Shown here in pieces: positions 1 through 12,730 of a stretch of 64,000 nucleotides of DNA (position 1 is its first letter; each line of letters begins with the position of its first letter). The stretch comes from Chiloscyllium plagiosum. Its lineage: Eukaryota. The translations under genes were made by a program, and so were the position numbers. The DNA is taken from the NCBI RefSeq assembly GCF_004010195.1, contig NC_057719.1:50386302-50450301 (forward strand), read 5' to 3'. The notes under the pieces were generated by a model that ran no database searches, was not told the DNA's origin, and saw only the letters and a list, made by a program, of their open reading frames with translations.

Positions 1-725
1 GGAACTGTGGTGAGGCAGATTGAATCAGGCATTCAAAAGAGTGCCAGGTGATTGTTTGGATAGAAATGGTGTGTAAAATTATTAAGGGACAAGCAGGAGA
101 TTGGTAATAATAAGTTTTGAAAAGCTCATGCAGGCAAGATGGGCAAATGGCCTCTTTCTATTCTGTAATAATTCTGTGATGTAAAACTTTGTTCATAACA
201 ATACTTTCTCATCTGTCACTTCTTTGAAAAAAAAATCACTTGATGTAGTCCAATTTCCTTTTTAAAAAGTCCGAAGTAGATTATAGAAGTCACTGTAACA
301 AAGAGGTCATTGAGGTAGCTAGCATAGGCAAATTTATAAGCAAATCTAGATAAAGACGTAAAAAAGGACAAGAAATTTGCGAGTTAGTTTTTAAACAATG
401 TTATATACATGTTAAGTCGAATGCTGTCAATGCGATCACTTCTGATATAATGTTTTATTCTGTGTGTATTTTCAAACCAAGTGACTTGGTTTCATGTACT
501 TCTTTTATTTGATCCTTTGAATACTGATAACTTTGAAACGAACTGTAATCTTGGAATGCACCAAATCCTGTTTACCTATGTATTCATTGGTCTGCATTTG
601 TTCCTGGTCCTCCAGCACCCCAAATTTAAAACTTTTAGCCTCCTTTGTAATACCTTCCAAAGGCTCACTACCTCCGGCTCGACAATTTTCTGAGATTTCT
701 GAACTTTCACCCTTCTGTTGTTGTG

Positions 726-1020
726 AAGAAAGTGAGGACTGCAGATGCTGGAGATCAGAGTTGAAAAGTGTGGCGCTGGAAAAGCACAGCAGGTCAGGCA
801 GTATTCAAGAAACAGGAGAGTTGACGTATTGGGCATAAGCCCGAAACATCGACTGTCCTACTCCTCGAATGCTACCTGACCTGCTGTGCTTTTCAACTCT
901 GATCTCCAGCATCTGCAGTCCTCGTTTTCTCCGAGTGAAGGGCTTATGCCTGAAGCGTCAACTCTCCTGCTTCTCGGATGCTGCCTGATCTGCTGTGCTT
1001 TTCCAGCACTATCCTTTTTG
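726..1020. mobile_element. Cluster of three Penelope-derived pLTR/hammerhead mini-repeats (minus copy fused to plus copy, then a second plus copy)
   Basis: Repeat GGATGCTGCCTGACCTGCTGTGCTTTTCCAGCA in both orientations; same family as 5580, 36724, 42027, 49199, 51270. Confidence 0.8.
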
Positions 1021-1258
1021 ACTCCCTTCTGGTGTTGTGCATATACTTCATACATATCCCTCCACTGTAAGCTCTGAACTTTCTTACCGTCTCTAACTGT
1101 CTCCTTTAGGGTGTCCCATAAAGCTTGTCCTTTTCACAAAGCTTTTAGTCACCTGTCCTCGCACTTGATGACAGATTTTGCAATATTTTACCATGTAAAT
1201 TGCGCATTATAACGACAAGTTATTTCTAGGCAGTAATTTCAGTATTTTCAAAATACAG

Positions 1259-1454
1259 AATAAACAAGATCATGAAAAGAAAGATGATGACAAACAAAGT
1301 AAATCAAAACGTGGGCGCCCTAGTCTGAAATCTCCACCAACTACCAATTCTCAGCGTAGTTTATCCAGAACTCCAGGTAGTGAGGGGAAAAGTGGAACAA
1401 GAAATATGCGGAATAATACATCTGATTCTTCACCTCTTCTCAATGGAGTGGAAG
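1259..1454 (+). CDS. ARID4A: ARID4A internal coding exon (NKQDHEKK...KSKRGRPSLKS...LNGVE)
   Basis: AG acceptor at 1257-1258, GT donor at 1455; open frame; KSKRGRP and SEGKS match the ARID4A segment after the chromobarrel domain; ends in phase 1. Confidence 0.88.
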
Positions 1455-1849
1455 GTATGCACTTGTGAGCTGTATTTTACTGCTTTAGTTTCTCCTTAGC
1501 TTCTAATAATACATTTGATAATAAGTGCTATACGATATTGTATTCATAGAACCATTGCACTGTGGTTCATAGGCTCTGATTTTAATCTTATGCTTGCAAA
1601 ATCATTCATCTCTAATTTGCAAATAGTTAAAACTCCAAATATAAACTTGCGTAGTACAAATGTTCGACTGTTTGGGAATCTGCTATTAAATGATAAGGTG
1701 TAACTTTGAAGTTCAATTTTGAATTGATTTCTCATACTGATTTGTCTTTCAGTTGGTAAGCATACTTTTGGTCTTCTAGATTCATGTACATTTTAATCAA
1801 ATGTATATTATTCACTAAATGCTTAACTTTTGATATTTGCTTCTTTCAG

Positions 1850-1912
1850 GTCTTCCTCGAAGGCGCACCAGGCGTAGTTCTGGGATGTATGATTCTGACA
1901 AAGTATCAAATG
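1850..1912 (+). CDS. ARID4A: ARID4A 63-nt symmetric (phase 1-1) exon, GLPRRRTRRSSGMYDSDKVSN
   Basis: Polypyrimidine tract ttgcttctttcag, donor G|gtatag, open frame, phase-compatible with both neighbouring exons, CpG-retaining coding-like composition within an AT-rich intron. Confidence 0.75.
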
Positions 1913-3579
1913 GTATAGATGATTAGCTATTAACTTGAGCTATTAGTTATTTTGTATACCAGTAAATTAGATGAACATTTGTCCCAATTATGATTTTTAA
2001 TACGTATTGTTGGTGCTCTTTTCCCAAATTTGCTCCATATTTCTTCAGGATGAATTTGAAATGTAAATGATAATAACTGATTTTTCATAATAACCAGGGT
2101 GTGCCATTCAGCCTCTTGCTTCTGATGTCTTTCAGTGAAATTATGGATAATCTGTATCGTAACTTCATTCAGCTTCCTTTGCTCTGTTCTCTTTTATGCC
2201 TTGAGTTTGTAAATATCGATCAATCTTTGATTTTAAATTATTAATTAAGCTAGTGTCTACTGCATGATGTACAAGAATCTTACCACCCTTTGCATTAAGA
2301 GATGTTTCTTAATTACTGTTCTGGGTGGTCCAATTCTGATTTTAATATTGTGTCACCTTGTCATAGACTCCTAAGATTTACTAATACATACATATTATGT
2401 TTCTGACCTGTGACCTCACGAGGTGATTGTGAAAGTCCTAGGTTGAAGGACTGAGAGCAATCACTGAGGCAGCATCTTCTCATCAGCTATGTGTAATATC
2501 ACAGACCCTTTTCCCATGAAAGGGAATTAAACCACCTAGTAAAATAGAGTTCTTCATCTGGATGTTGTTTTGTATGTTACTTCTATTGCATTACTGTACA
2601 GGGGAATGTCCATTATAATGCAGACTTTGGGGTTCTAAGGTTGAACCACATTATAGCTGGTGACCTGCCTGCTCTCACTTCAGATCAACTTTAAAGGAAT
2701 TAAAGTTACCATTTCCACAATATAATTATAAACTAAATGGTTTGCATTTTATAATTTTCATTGGTGCTTGTGATGAAATTATATTTTTATCACAGAGAAA
2801 CAGTGTTAGGATTGATTTTTGTATTTAGAGCACATTGAGTGACATTTTTCTGACTTCATTTTAATTAAGCGAACAGGAATTTGGAACTCAGTGAATGTTT
2901 TTGATAAGAATGAGTAGTGCCATAGATTTAGGTGATAAAAGGTTTGAGTTTGAATTATGCTCTTTCAGATAAATACTTATGTTGTCCAAGAAGAGTGTTC
3001 CTGAATCAATAATTGCAAGTTCAATCTGATTAACTCTCCCAAACCCAGCTGAAGTAGTTGTCAAGTTTTGTTGTTAATTGGGGAAGATCATATGAATAAA
3101 ACTAGTTTACTGTCAGCACTTAACTCAATGCCCAAGTTAGAAGTTGAAAAATAAAACTTTCACAAGAAGATACTGAGTTGAGGCTTGCGATCTGGCATGT
3201 ATGTCAACTCCGTCATAGCTGGACTTCAATTGTTTTTTTATTCATCCATGAAATGTGGGCACTGCTGACAAGGCTGGTATTTATTGCCATTCCTAGTAAT
3301 TCTTGAACTGAACTGATTCTCTCAACCACTTGAAAGAGTTGTCCAGATTGTCTTGGGTTTGGCATCACAGGCAAGGGCAACAGGTTTTTTTTTCATTAAA
3401 AGACATTAATGAACCAGATAGGATCATTAATAAAACTAGTTTTCTTGTTATTTACATAAAATTAATATTTGACATATGATGGTTCTCTCTTTGGAGCTAT
3501 GAGACCCTGCACTATATGCGGGCTTATAGATGCAGTACAAACATATATATGATTAGAATTAGCCTTCTGGAGCCAGCAC

Positions 3580-4480
3580 TGTCCTATATTGCTGGTGCGA
3601 CATTGAAGTAGTGCAGAGGCAGCATGCACACAGCTGGGAGCCAAGAGGGAAAGAGTGAAATTAGCAACAGTGCTAAGAGCAGGATAGAGGCAGCAGAAAC
3701 ACAGTGAACAAACAGGGTTGTGTATGGCCAACAAGGGAGATCAAGGTGGAGCAGATGAGAAGAATGACGTGAGATCAGCAACGAGGATAGAGGTGGGACA
3801 GATGCAGTGGGAATACAGTGAAGGAACAGAGGAATGCTCCAACAAACAGTGTGAATACAGTGAGACTAGCAGTGAGGATAAAGGTGGGACAGATGCAGAG
3901 GGATGGCGCAAAGCCAGAAGTGTGGGAAAAGGTGGGACAAAGACAGTGGGTACACAGTGAGGGAGCAAATGATTGGAGCAAGACCAGAAATAGGGACAAA
4001 GGTGGGACAGATGCAGCGGAACACATGGAGTCTAGCAGCCAGTCCTTGCAATAGCAGCACAGATTCACTGCTGCCACAGCAAGCCGCATGCTTCATAAAT
4101 GGACAAACAAATCCTCCCTTGTATGTTGAGGGTTCTAATGCCAACTGTGCTCTTTTAATATCATAATTCAAGCTCTTAGGCGCCTCTCCATTGGTGTCAT
4201 GGACGGAATGGCTCCTACTCTCTCATCGCAGTTTTTATTTGGCCATTCACCTATCTGCTTCCACGTGATGTCGTACCTTGAGTTGGCTCCTAATGGTGAT
4301 GGTGGCGGCAGCACGTGCTGCTCCCTCACTACATCTGTCCCACCTTTTATCCCCACGGCTGGTTTTGCTCCATTCCTCTGCGTCTGTCCCATCTTTTGTC
4401 CCCAGTGCTGGCCTCACTCCATCCCTCTGCTGCCTCACTGTGTTCCACTGCTGGCCTTGCTCCAATTATTGATGTGGAGC
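3580..4480. repeat. Inverted arrays of a ~48-bp degenerate unit with core AGGTGGGACAGATGCAG (foldback-like)
   Basis: Core at 3791, 3882, 3930, 4000 (+) and 4329-4345, 4378-4394 (-). Confidence 0.7.
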
Positions 4481-4859
4481 ATCCACTCTGTTTCAATAAC
4501 AACCCACAAAAAAACAGTACTGCAATCTTCTGAAATAGGATGTTTTTGGAATAACAACATGTGTTTTAATAATCTTCTGTGCAGTGAAGCTTGTTGCTGG
4601 ATAAAAACCTTGCTCCAACTGTGTGATATTAACTGTGCAACAGTAACTTTACATTTAAAGATCTCATGCCTATGCCTCTTCTACCCTTCAAAATGAAATT
4701 TGGGACCCAGAAATCAGGACCCTAAAAAAATAACCTCAGCTGTAAGACCTGACCGATACACTGCAACCATAGTTAGAAACTCCGTCACTGTGACAATGAC
4801 ATTGTTGGCCTGGGTGACAATATGCAGGAGAAAGTCAGCTCAAAAACCTAGTGGCAGTT

Positions 4860-5400
4860 ACATGCTCAGGAAGGGTAGATCGGAGCACCAATACTGACTC
4901 CATGGCATTGGTTTCACCACAAAAAAAAGATTGCTAACTGTCACCGCGAGTCCTATCAGATAAGCGAGTGTTTCATGACCCTTCAGCTCATTCATCCAGA
5001 AACTAAACCATAGTCATCAGTGTATCTGCTCCAACCCTTGAAACAATGGACAAGGCCAAAAAGGAATTCTACTTCAGCCTTGATCAGTCATTGTCCCATG
5101 TCCCAAAGAGAGTCAAGTTAATTCTTCTTGGTAATTTCAGTGACAGATTTGGAGGTGTGGGGAGAGACTCTCTGGAAAGAGTGAGGGCACGGAAGGCATT
5201 GGGAAGGTAAACAACAAGGAGTCTTCTTCCTGGTCAAAGGGTTTGAACTGGTCATAATGGACATGACATAACATACCAGAGAGACAAATACAAGACCTCG
5301 TGGCAACACCCTTGCCCTGGAAATTAGAACCCCACTTGATCACGTCACCCAAATGAAGGGCCAAAGGAAAGCCCACATCACCCATCCCTTGGCAGGAGTT
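4860..5400 (+). mobile_element. Degenerate RTE-clade LINE endonuclease fragment
   Basis: Relics of RTE APE motifs: VISVSAPTL, KKEFY, LILLGNF, GIGKVN, KTSWQHP, with frameshifts. Confidence 0.6.
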
Positions 5401-5579
5401 GATGATTGCAAGTCTTAATATTGCCTAACCCTGCCTATTTCCATCAGCTTGGCCCAAAAATACCATCAACAGCAGAAGCACTGCTGCATGAAGTTCAAGC
5501 TGGAACACTGGCATCTAAATGAAAATGTGGAAAGTTGTCCAGAAATGTCCTGTATGCAAAATACAGGACAAATCTAACA

Positions 5580-5660
5580 TGATTCCTGAAGAAGGGTGAC
5601 TCTCCTGCTCCTCGGATGCTGCCTGGCCTGCTGTGTTTTTCCAACATGACATTCTTCAAC
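5580..5660 (+). mobile_element. PLE-derived mini-insertion with internally deleted hammerhead; 12-bp TSD
   Basis: ACAAATCTAACA at 5568-5579 and 5661-5672. Confidence 0.8.
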
Positions 5661-6788
5661 ACAAATCTAACACAGCCTATCACCATGCTGTCATTCTACT
5701 CTTGACAATTAGTAACATGATGGAAGGGGTCATCAACCGTGTTTTCAAGTAGCAGAAACAAAACAATAACTTTCATTTAAATATTCCTTGTAATAAGAGA
5801 AAATGTTCCCAGTGCCATGTGGAAAAGGATGGTGAAGGAAAAGTGACCAAAAACCTTTGTGAAGAAATGTTTTGTTGAGCGTTTTAACAGAAGCAGTGGG
5901 GTGTAGGGTGAATTTGGAGGGTGAATACAAAAGGCACGACCCTACTCCAGAGAGCTGAGCTAATAATTTGGGTTGGTACTTCAGTAAAGGGAGTGCTATG
6001 GTCCTCTGGGACAATGGCGCCTTTCAGTTATTCACTTCACCTTTTTCTTTATTGAACTTAACTTGTCAATTATTTGCTCATTTTATTATTTTAAAATATG
6101 CTTGTGTAATGTGTTATAGTCCTCCCCTTCCACCATATTGACTATCACCTCCAATTCGGTATAATCTGCAAATTGTATTTTGATTCTGAAGTCTCAGTCA
6201 TTCATGTAAATTATGAACAGCAGTAGTCTGAGCATGATCCTTGTGGGACAGCATTGTGACGCCACCAACAACTTTGAATAGCTACCTTTTGTTCCCACTG
6301 TTTGCCTTTTGTACTGAAGCCAGTTAGTAATCCATTCCCTGACCTTGCATACTCTATTCTTGTTTATTAGTCTCCTTTATATATCAATGGCTATTTGAAA
6401 ATCCAGATAAATTACATCTACTGCATTACTATAGTTTACCCTCTTTGTCACTTTCTCAAAATTCAGATATATTGGTTGAGCAAGAGTTTGCTTTTGAACT
6501 TCATGCTGGCCGTTATAATATTTTTCATTTCTAAATTTTCTTCTAGCCTTTAATAGTGATTGCATGATATATCCCAGCATATATAGAAGAAGGTTCTATA
6601 ATGACAGAGACATGTTCCAACTCCCTATATAAATATAGGTATAATGTTAGCTATCTGCCACTCTATATCCACCACTATTTTCTGTATGTTCTAGGATAAG
6701 GTAGTAGTTGAAATGCATATAATGTTGCATTTTTGTTTTCACTTCAATCTAAATATTTAACTTGAAAATAAATCATGTTTTATTATAG

Positions 6789-7916
6789 GGTCTACCAGTT
6801 CTTCAGATGAAAGTGAAGTAGAAACTGCAGCAGACAAATCTGTGAAGGAGGAAGTTGTTTCTACAAAGAAATTAGATGACGAAGAAAAACCTGAGGGGAG
6901 AAAACTTAAGGATTCTTGCCTGCACGAACTGAGGGTACTGCCATGCGAGGATGGTTTAAAAACTACACCAGTAAAGCAGGAAGTAGAAAGCCTAGAACAA
7001 ACTGATAATGGGAAAATGATGACACAGACTGAAGATATATGGAAAGAAATCATTGACAAGTCACCAAAGGGGAAAGGAAGGAGGAATAGAACACGAGATG
7101 CATGTTCAGACAATGCCAAGTCTGTTCTTGCTAATCACGTAGTTGCTGAAGGTGGAGAAGACGTGGAAAAACTAGAAAACTCAGAGATTAAGCAGCTTTC
7201 TGGCCCCCATGTGCCTGAAGACGCCATTCCAGTCATAGATACTAGCTTATTAAATGAACTTACAAATGATGAGAAGAAGCTAGGAAAAAGAAAATCCCCA
7301 GATAAGTTAACACCTGATAAAAGGCTGCGGATAGAAAATGAAGACAAACTACGAACTGCAAAAGATGAAGGTATTGAGAAAATAGAATTCTTTGCAGATG
7401 AGTGTGAAGAATCTAAAACTATTGAAAGACTAGAACTTGAAAATGGTGAAGCTTCTTCTTTCGAGATTGCAACAGACCGGTGTGTGAAACAGGAATTGGA
7501 AGCTCCCTGTTTAGAAATTGAAGAGGATATTTCATTGAAAACTGATGAAGATATGATGCCTCCAATTGGACCAGAAGCTTTAGTTTGCCATGAAGTAGAT
7601 TTAGATGACTTTGATGAAAAAGAAAAAAGTAGCAATGAAGCTTTATGTGCTGGAACGTTTGCATCCAATTCCCCTGAATCAGTTATAGCTGTTGTATCTG
7701 TCGTGCAGCAGGTTTTGCCTGTTGCTTCCCCAGCACTGCCTCATCAGGATGAGGTTCGTAGTGTAAAAAGTGAAAGCGACATTACCATTGAAGTGGACAG
7801 CGTTGCTGGAGAATCACAGGAAGGATTGTGTGAGAGTGAGTCTGCCAATGGGTTCGATGCCAGTACTAGCTCAAGCAGCAGCATTGTAGTGCAAGAAGCT
7901 GAGACCAAGGAAAAAG
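6789..7916 (+). CDS. ARID4A: ARID4A large acidic exon with the LxCxE Rb-binding motif (LVCHE, 7580-7594)
   Basis: ORF 6842..7945; KSPKGKGRR, IGPEALVCHEVDLDD and RSVKSESDITIEVDS match ARID4A (LxCxE distinguishes it from ARID4B); acceptor ttatag|, donor G|gtaatt. Confidence 0.96.
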
Positions 7917-8249
7917 GTAATTACTTACATGAGGAACGTTGTTAACTATGGGATGAATTCTGAAATGTTTGTTCACTTTTGATAGTCGGTTTCAAACTTT
8001 TTTTTAAATTTTACTTTTCGTTGGTGTCTGTGACATACATTAGGATGCAAAATATGTTTTTTGAGGGCTACTTTTGATTTTCCAGGACTTTTTTTCATTC
8101 TCATTAGGTGATGCTTTCATATAATAACAATACCTCCTGATGAGCAGAATTAGAAAAAAATCATAAATATGTTCAGTAATGAACCCTCCATTAAACTTGA
8201 AGCCACAACATACAGAAAATGTAAATTTCTTTGACATTATGGTAATTAA

Positions 8250-9150
8250 GCAGGAGTGGCCAAAATTTTACATTTCTTCTTCATTGTTGCACCTGTATGC
8301 TGTTTGATGTTCCATGTACAAGAACACCCAAATCCCTCTGGCACTTTTTTGGAAACTTTCTTCTTTTAAATAATCGTCTGCTTTGATTCTTCCTACGAAA
8401 CTACATAATTTCATACTTTTTACATTGAATTTCATCTTCAGATTGTTGCCCACTCAATTAATCTGTGTCCCTCTGTCGATTCCTTCTATCCTCTTCACAA
8501 CACCCTCTCACTTATTTTTGTATTGTCAGCAAATTTGGAAATACTGCACTCTGTCCCCTTCTACAAGTCATTAATATAGATTATGGATAATTAAGGCCCT
8601 AGGACGGATTCCTGTCGCACTTCACTATGGTTACATCCCTTCAGCCTCTTTTTTAAAAAACATTTAATGTCTTCTTTGTGTTAAGCAATCCTTGAATGGA
8701 GTTAATACATTACCTCTCGTACTGCGATCGCCTATCTTGTGCAATAACCTCTTGCGTGCCACCTTATCATATACCTTCTGGAAATCTAAATACATTACAT
8801 CTGCTTAATCTTCTGTACCGATTCTGCTTGTCATATTGTCAAAGCAATTTTGTGAGAAGTGTTTATCCTTTCACAAAACTACATTGACTCTTTGATTTTG
8901 TTAACCTTTCCTCAACGTCATGCTATTTCTTTGATAATAATCAACTGTGGAATTTTCCCATCAACAGATGTTAGGCTAACTGGCCTGTAGTTTCTGCTTT
9001 CTGTCTCCCTCTCTTCTTGCATAGAAAGTCATATTAATGGTTTTTCAAATCTTTTAGAAGCCTCCTGGAATCCAGCAAGTTCTGGATTATTTGATGAATG
9101 CCTCCACTATCTCTGAAGCCACTTCCTTTAAAACCTTTGGGCAGTCAAGA
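8250..9150 (-). mobile_element. Old CR1 LINE RT fragment
   Basis: Reverse strand carries degenerate NYRPVSLTS, DFQKxxDKV and SKFADxTK motifs. Confidence 0.6.
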
Positions 9151-10080
9151 GGTCAAATCATTGCCAGCTTTTATAGGTAACAACAGCACCATCAGCAGAC
9201 ATTCAGGGTAATAGATAAATTGGACTGATGTATAAGACTAAAACAAGGAACGAAAGATTCTTTTTTAACGATTTATTTTCATATGGCCTTGCTTCCAAAC
9301 TGCTAAAAGTACAACTTGACTTTTATCAGGTATGTTAGGAATGACCAAGTCTTTTCAGGTGATACGCAAAATTTGATGAAACACTTTGTGTATCCTAGGT
9401 TTTTATGGAGTTTTAAATAATTATACCTGCACACTTTTGAAAAAAAATCCACCTGATGACCATCTGGAATTGACCTTAATTTATACAATTATCTTGTAGG
9501 GATGGTCTGTACCTGTTTATACCAAAATAGCTTATGTCTGCTCTCTCAAAATGGCCGACAGAGATTACATAGAATGGGTCAGCCTATCCCTGCACTAAAA
9601 GGTTGAGAAGAGATATGCAAAATGAACAGCCTGCTTCAGACAGTTGGGATATGAGCACGCTTGACAAAATAGACAAGTGACTAATCAAAGCCACATTATT
9701 GAAAGTATAATTGTCCCAGTTAATGAATAGATACCAGGTGTGAGATAAAGCCCATTAACTCTCTAAGCAGCTACCAGAACAACAGTTAGAATTACTTACT
9801 ACAAAATAATTCTACCTTTGAAATTAATCACTTACAATATTAAGCAATAGGTTCCAGTTGAAGATTCTTCAGAGAATCATAGGGGTAGTTTCCAACATAA
9901 AGATAGATACATAACTAAAGCATAATAAAAGTATTAAAGAAAAAGCATTTATACCTAGATGTGAAAATCAATTAGCTTTAGAAAACACCTTCTGTTACGC
10001 CCTGAATAAAATAGATTGTTCACAGCCCATTAATCACAAAGTGCTGACGGTAGAAATAGTTCGAAAGAAGTGGTATAGTG

Positions 10081-10495
10081 GATGCTGCCTGGACTGGAGG
10101 ACATGTCTCATGAAGAAAGGTTGAGGGATCTTCTCATTGGAGTGAAGAAGGGTGAGAGGTGACTTAATAGAGGTGTACAGGATGATGAGAGGCATAGATA
10201 GAGTGAATTGTCAAAGACTTCTTCCCAGGGCAGAAATGGCTATCACAAGGGGGTATAATTTGAAGGTGATTGCAGGAACGTTTAGGGGAGATATCTGAGG
10301 CCGCGTCATTTCACAGAGCGTGGTGGGTGTGTGGAATGCACTGCCAGCAGTGGTAGTAGAATCAGATACATTAGGGACATTTAAGTGACTCGTGGAAAGG
10401 CACATGGATGATGGTAAACTGCAGGGTATGTAGGTTGATCTTCAGAGTAGGATAAAAGATCAGCACAACATCGAGGACCAAAGGGCTGTACTGTT
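10081..10495 (+). mobile_element. CR1 LINE 3' fragment
   Basis: MLPGLEDMSHEERL...RGDLIEVYRMMRG...WNALP, then 3' tail. Confidence 0.85.
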
Positions 10496-11313
10496 TGCTG
10501 TTTTAACTTACACTTAATAACAGAAGTCTATATTACAGATCTTACAGTAAGTAAGTTTAAAAATAACTGTCATTTGCATTTTTTATATATATAATTAGGA
10601 CAGTGGAAAATATAAGAATAAATTAATTTGATAAAGGCAGCACATGGGATAAATGAATAACAAGATTCACTCTGTCCTTCGAGATAAACCTGTCTGAGAC
10701 AGACCTGAAAGAGTATAGCTAGTAACTTCGGAACGTGAATGAATACTATGCACAGAAATATCCCAAGGCTGAGAGATTATAGTGTCTGTTAAACACAATG
10801 AGAATATGGGAACCTGGGATTGTCCATGGGGATGCCCATCGTTGATTGTGTCTTTCAGGATTGGATATACGAATTAAGAGGGAAGGACATGGTGATCACA
10901 CTGTATTTGATTATTGTAACACGAAATGTATAAAAACACTGCTTTTTACTATAAAATAAAAGTGTGTTATTGGTCTATCTACGGATCTGAGACAAATGTT
11001 AAGGGAAAAATTGCTTTCTCATGTTGAAGCCGGATTCAGGGAAGATCCTTTGGCCCCCGACCTGCATCAACCAGTTTCTGCTTGAATGAAAATCTTCCAC
11101 TTACTTGAATCCTTCCTGCCTCCTGCATCTACATGCCCCGTCGGGGGGGGGGGGTTACGCTCTGATGTAAGGTTTGTAATTATGAGCATAAACATGTTGA
11201 TATTTATATAAAAATCTGTTGGGTCTTCAATAATTACAATCTGTAACCAATGGCACAGTTGATCTTCATCGGCATCGTTTATATTTGCATTAATTTTTTT
11301 TACTTCCATGCAG

Positions 11314-11418
11314 GCCAGAAAAGAATAAGCGACAGCAGCAATGGGACACCAGCGAAGAAACAAAAACGTAGCCACAAGCGATCAAATGTGTCCAATAAGA
11401 CTGAAAAAAACGGAACTG
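11314..11418 (+). CDS. ARID4A: ARID4A coding exon (GQKRISDSS...AKKQKRSHKR...EKNGT)
   Basis: cag| acceptor, G|gtaggc donor, 105 nt phase 1-1; similar to ARID4A GQKRPSD...AKKQKR...EKNGTG. Confidence 0.93.
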
Positions 11419-11506
11419 GTAGGCTCTGAAACCAGAACTTAAAAGCAACTTTTTATGTTTTCTAAATAATTCAGTATTTTTAATTCTGATTTTTTTTTTG
11501 AAAAAG

Positions 11507-11707
11507 GCAATAGCAGTGACAGTGAGGATCTTGCAGTCACAGAAAACTCCAATAAATGCACTCCAGTGAAGAGCTCAAATAAGTCTCAAAAACTTGGCAG
11601 GTCTCCTTCAAGAACTTCTCCAAATGGTAAAGATGGGGATAAGGATAAAGAGAAAGATGCAACTGATGGTGCATCACCTCGGACGTATAAATGGAGTTTT
11701 CAACTCA
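11507..11707 (+). CDS. ARID4A: ARID4A coding exon (GNSSDSEDL...KCTPVK...[11 protein letters not shown])
   Basis: Follows an 88-nt intron; donor A|gtaaga; RTYKWSFQL is the start of the conserved ARID4 C-terminal R2 region. Confidence 0.95.
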
Positions 11708-12059
11708 GTAAGAAAACATTGTATTACTATTCAAATTGTTATTTTGGTTGATGCATGAAACAGCTTGATTTGCTAATCCTCTTTGTTGATATGAGGGTGA
11801 AGTGAAATAGGCAGGTGGCAAATTTTGAAGTAAATCATCTTGGTTTATTGTACATTTTTTATTTGGCCAGTTGACATCACCACCAGTTATAATGAATGGA
11901 TTTGTGTTAATGTGAACCACCTAATATTAGATGCATCTTGATTTCTTGTGTATGAGTTTTTGGGCAAGACACAAACCTCTCCCTCAGTACTCATGTTCTT
12001 GAATTTTTTTTCTGCTGCTCCAGTTTTCAAGATTGCGGAGTTCTGAGACAGAGAGAGAT

Positions 12060-12730
12060 CTGAGTGCATGAATCACCAAATAGTATAGTGCAGGTACAGC
12101 AAGTAGTTAGGAAGGCGAATTAAATGTTCTCATTTATCGGGGAATCAAATGCAAACATAAGGGGGTTATGTTTCGGTCATACAAGATACTAGTGAGATTG
12201 AATTCAAATAATGTGTGCAGTATTGATCACTTTAATTAATGAAGGATGTAAATGTTTAGGAGCGCTTCAGAGAAGCTCACTTGGTTAGTACTGGGAATGG
12301 GCAGGATGTCTTATGAAAAAATGTGGGACAGGCTCTGCTTCTACCTGCTAGAGTTTAGAAATATGAGATTCTATGGGTTCTTGAGAAACTAGATATGGAA
12401 AATCTATTTCCTCTTGTGAAAATCTAGATTGAGGAGTCACTGTTTCAAATTAAAGCATTGCCCACTTGAGATAGAGGTGAAGTAAAAGTTTTTTTTTCTC
12501 AGAGGGCCTTGTGTCGTTGGAACTCTACTTCCACTGCCTTTTGAAGAAGATAGTATCTGAAGATTTTTAAGGTGAAATTAGATAGAATCTTGGTAAGCAA
12601 GGGGGTGAAAGATAATCAGGAGAGCTAGGAATGTAGGCTTGAAATTAGATTAGCCAGGACGTTTTTGAATGGCAGAGCAGGTTTATGGAGCTGATTGGCT
12701 TATTCTTGTTCCACACTCAAATGTTTCTAT
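12060..12730 (+). mobile_element. Old CR1 LINE 3' fragment
   Basis: Degenerate CR1 ORF2 C-terminus and tail. Confidence 0.6.

Noticed and set aside
3700..4020. CRISPR-like repeat-spacer array
   Set aside because: Eukaryotic intron, irregular spacing, the spacers are themselves related, no cas genes
7135..7668. 177-aa antisense ORF
   Set aside because: Ser/Phe-rich shadow of the Glu/Lys-rich ARID4A exon; no independent evidence
10540..11070. Possible solo LTR (TATAAAA ~10929, AATAAA ~10955, ends ...CA)
   Set aside because: No matching TG start with a TSD could be found
11142..11154. Poly-G runs (also ~39476-39489) as G-quadruplex elements
   Set aside because: Simple homopolymers prone to slippage and sequencing error; no supporting context
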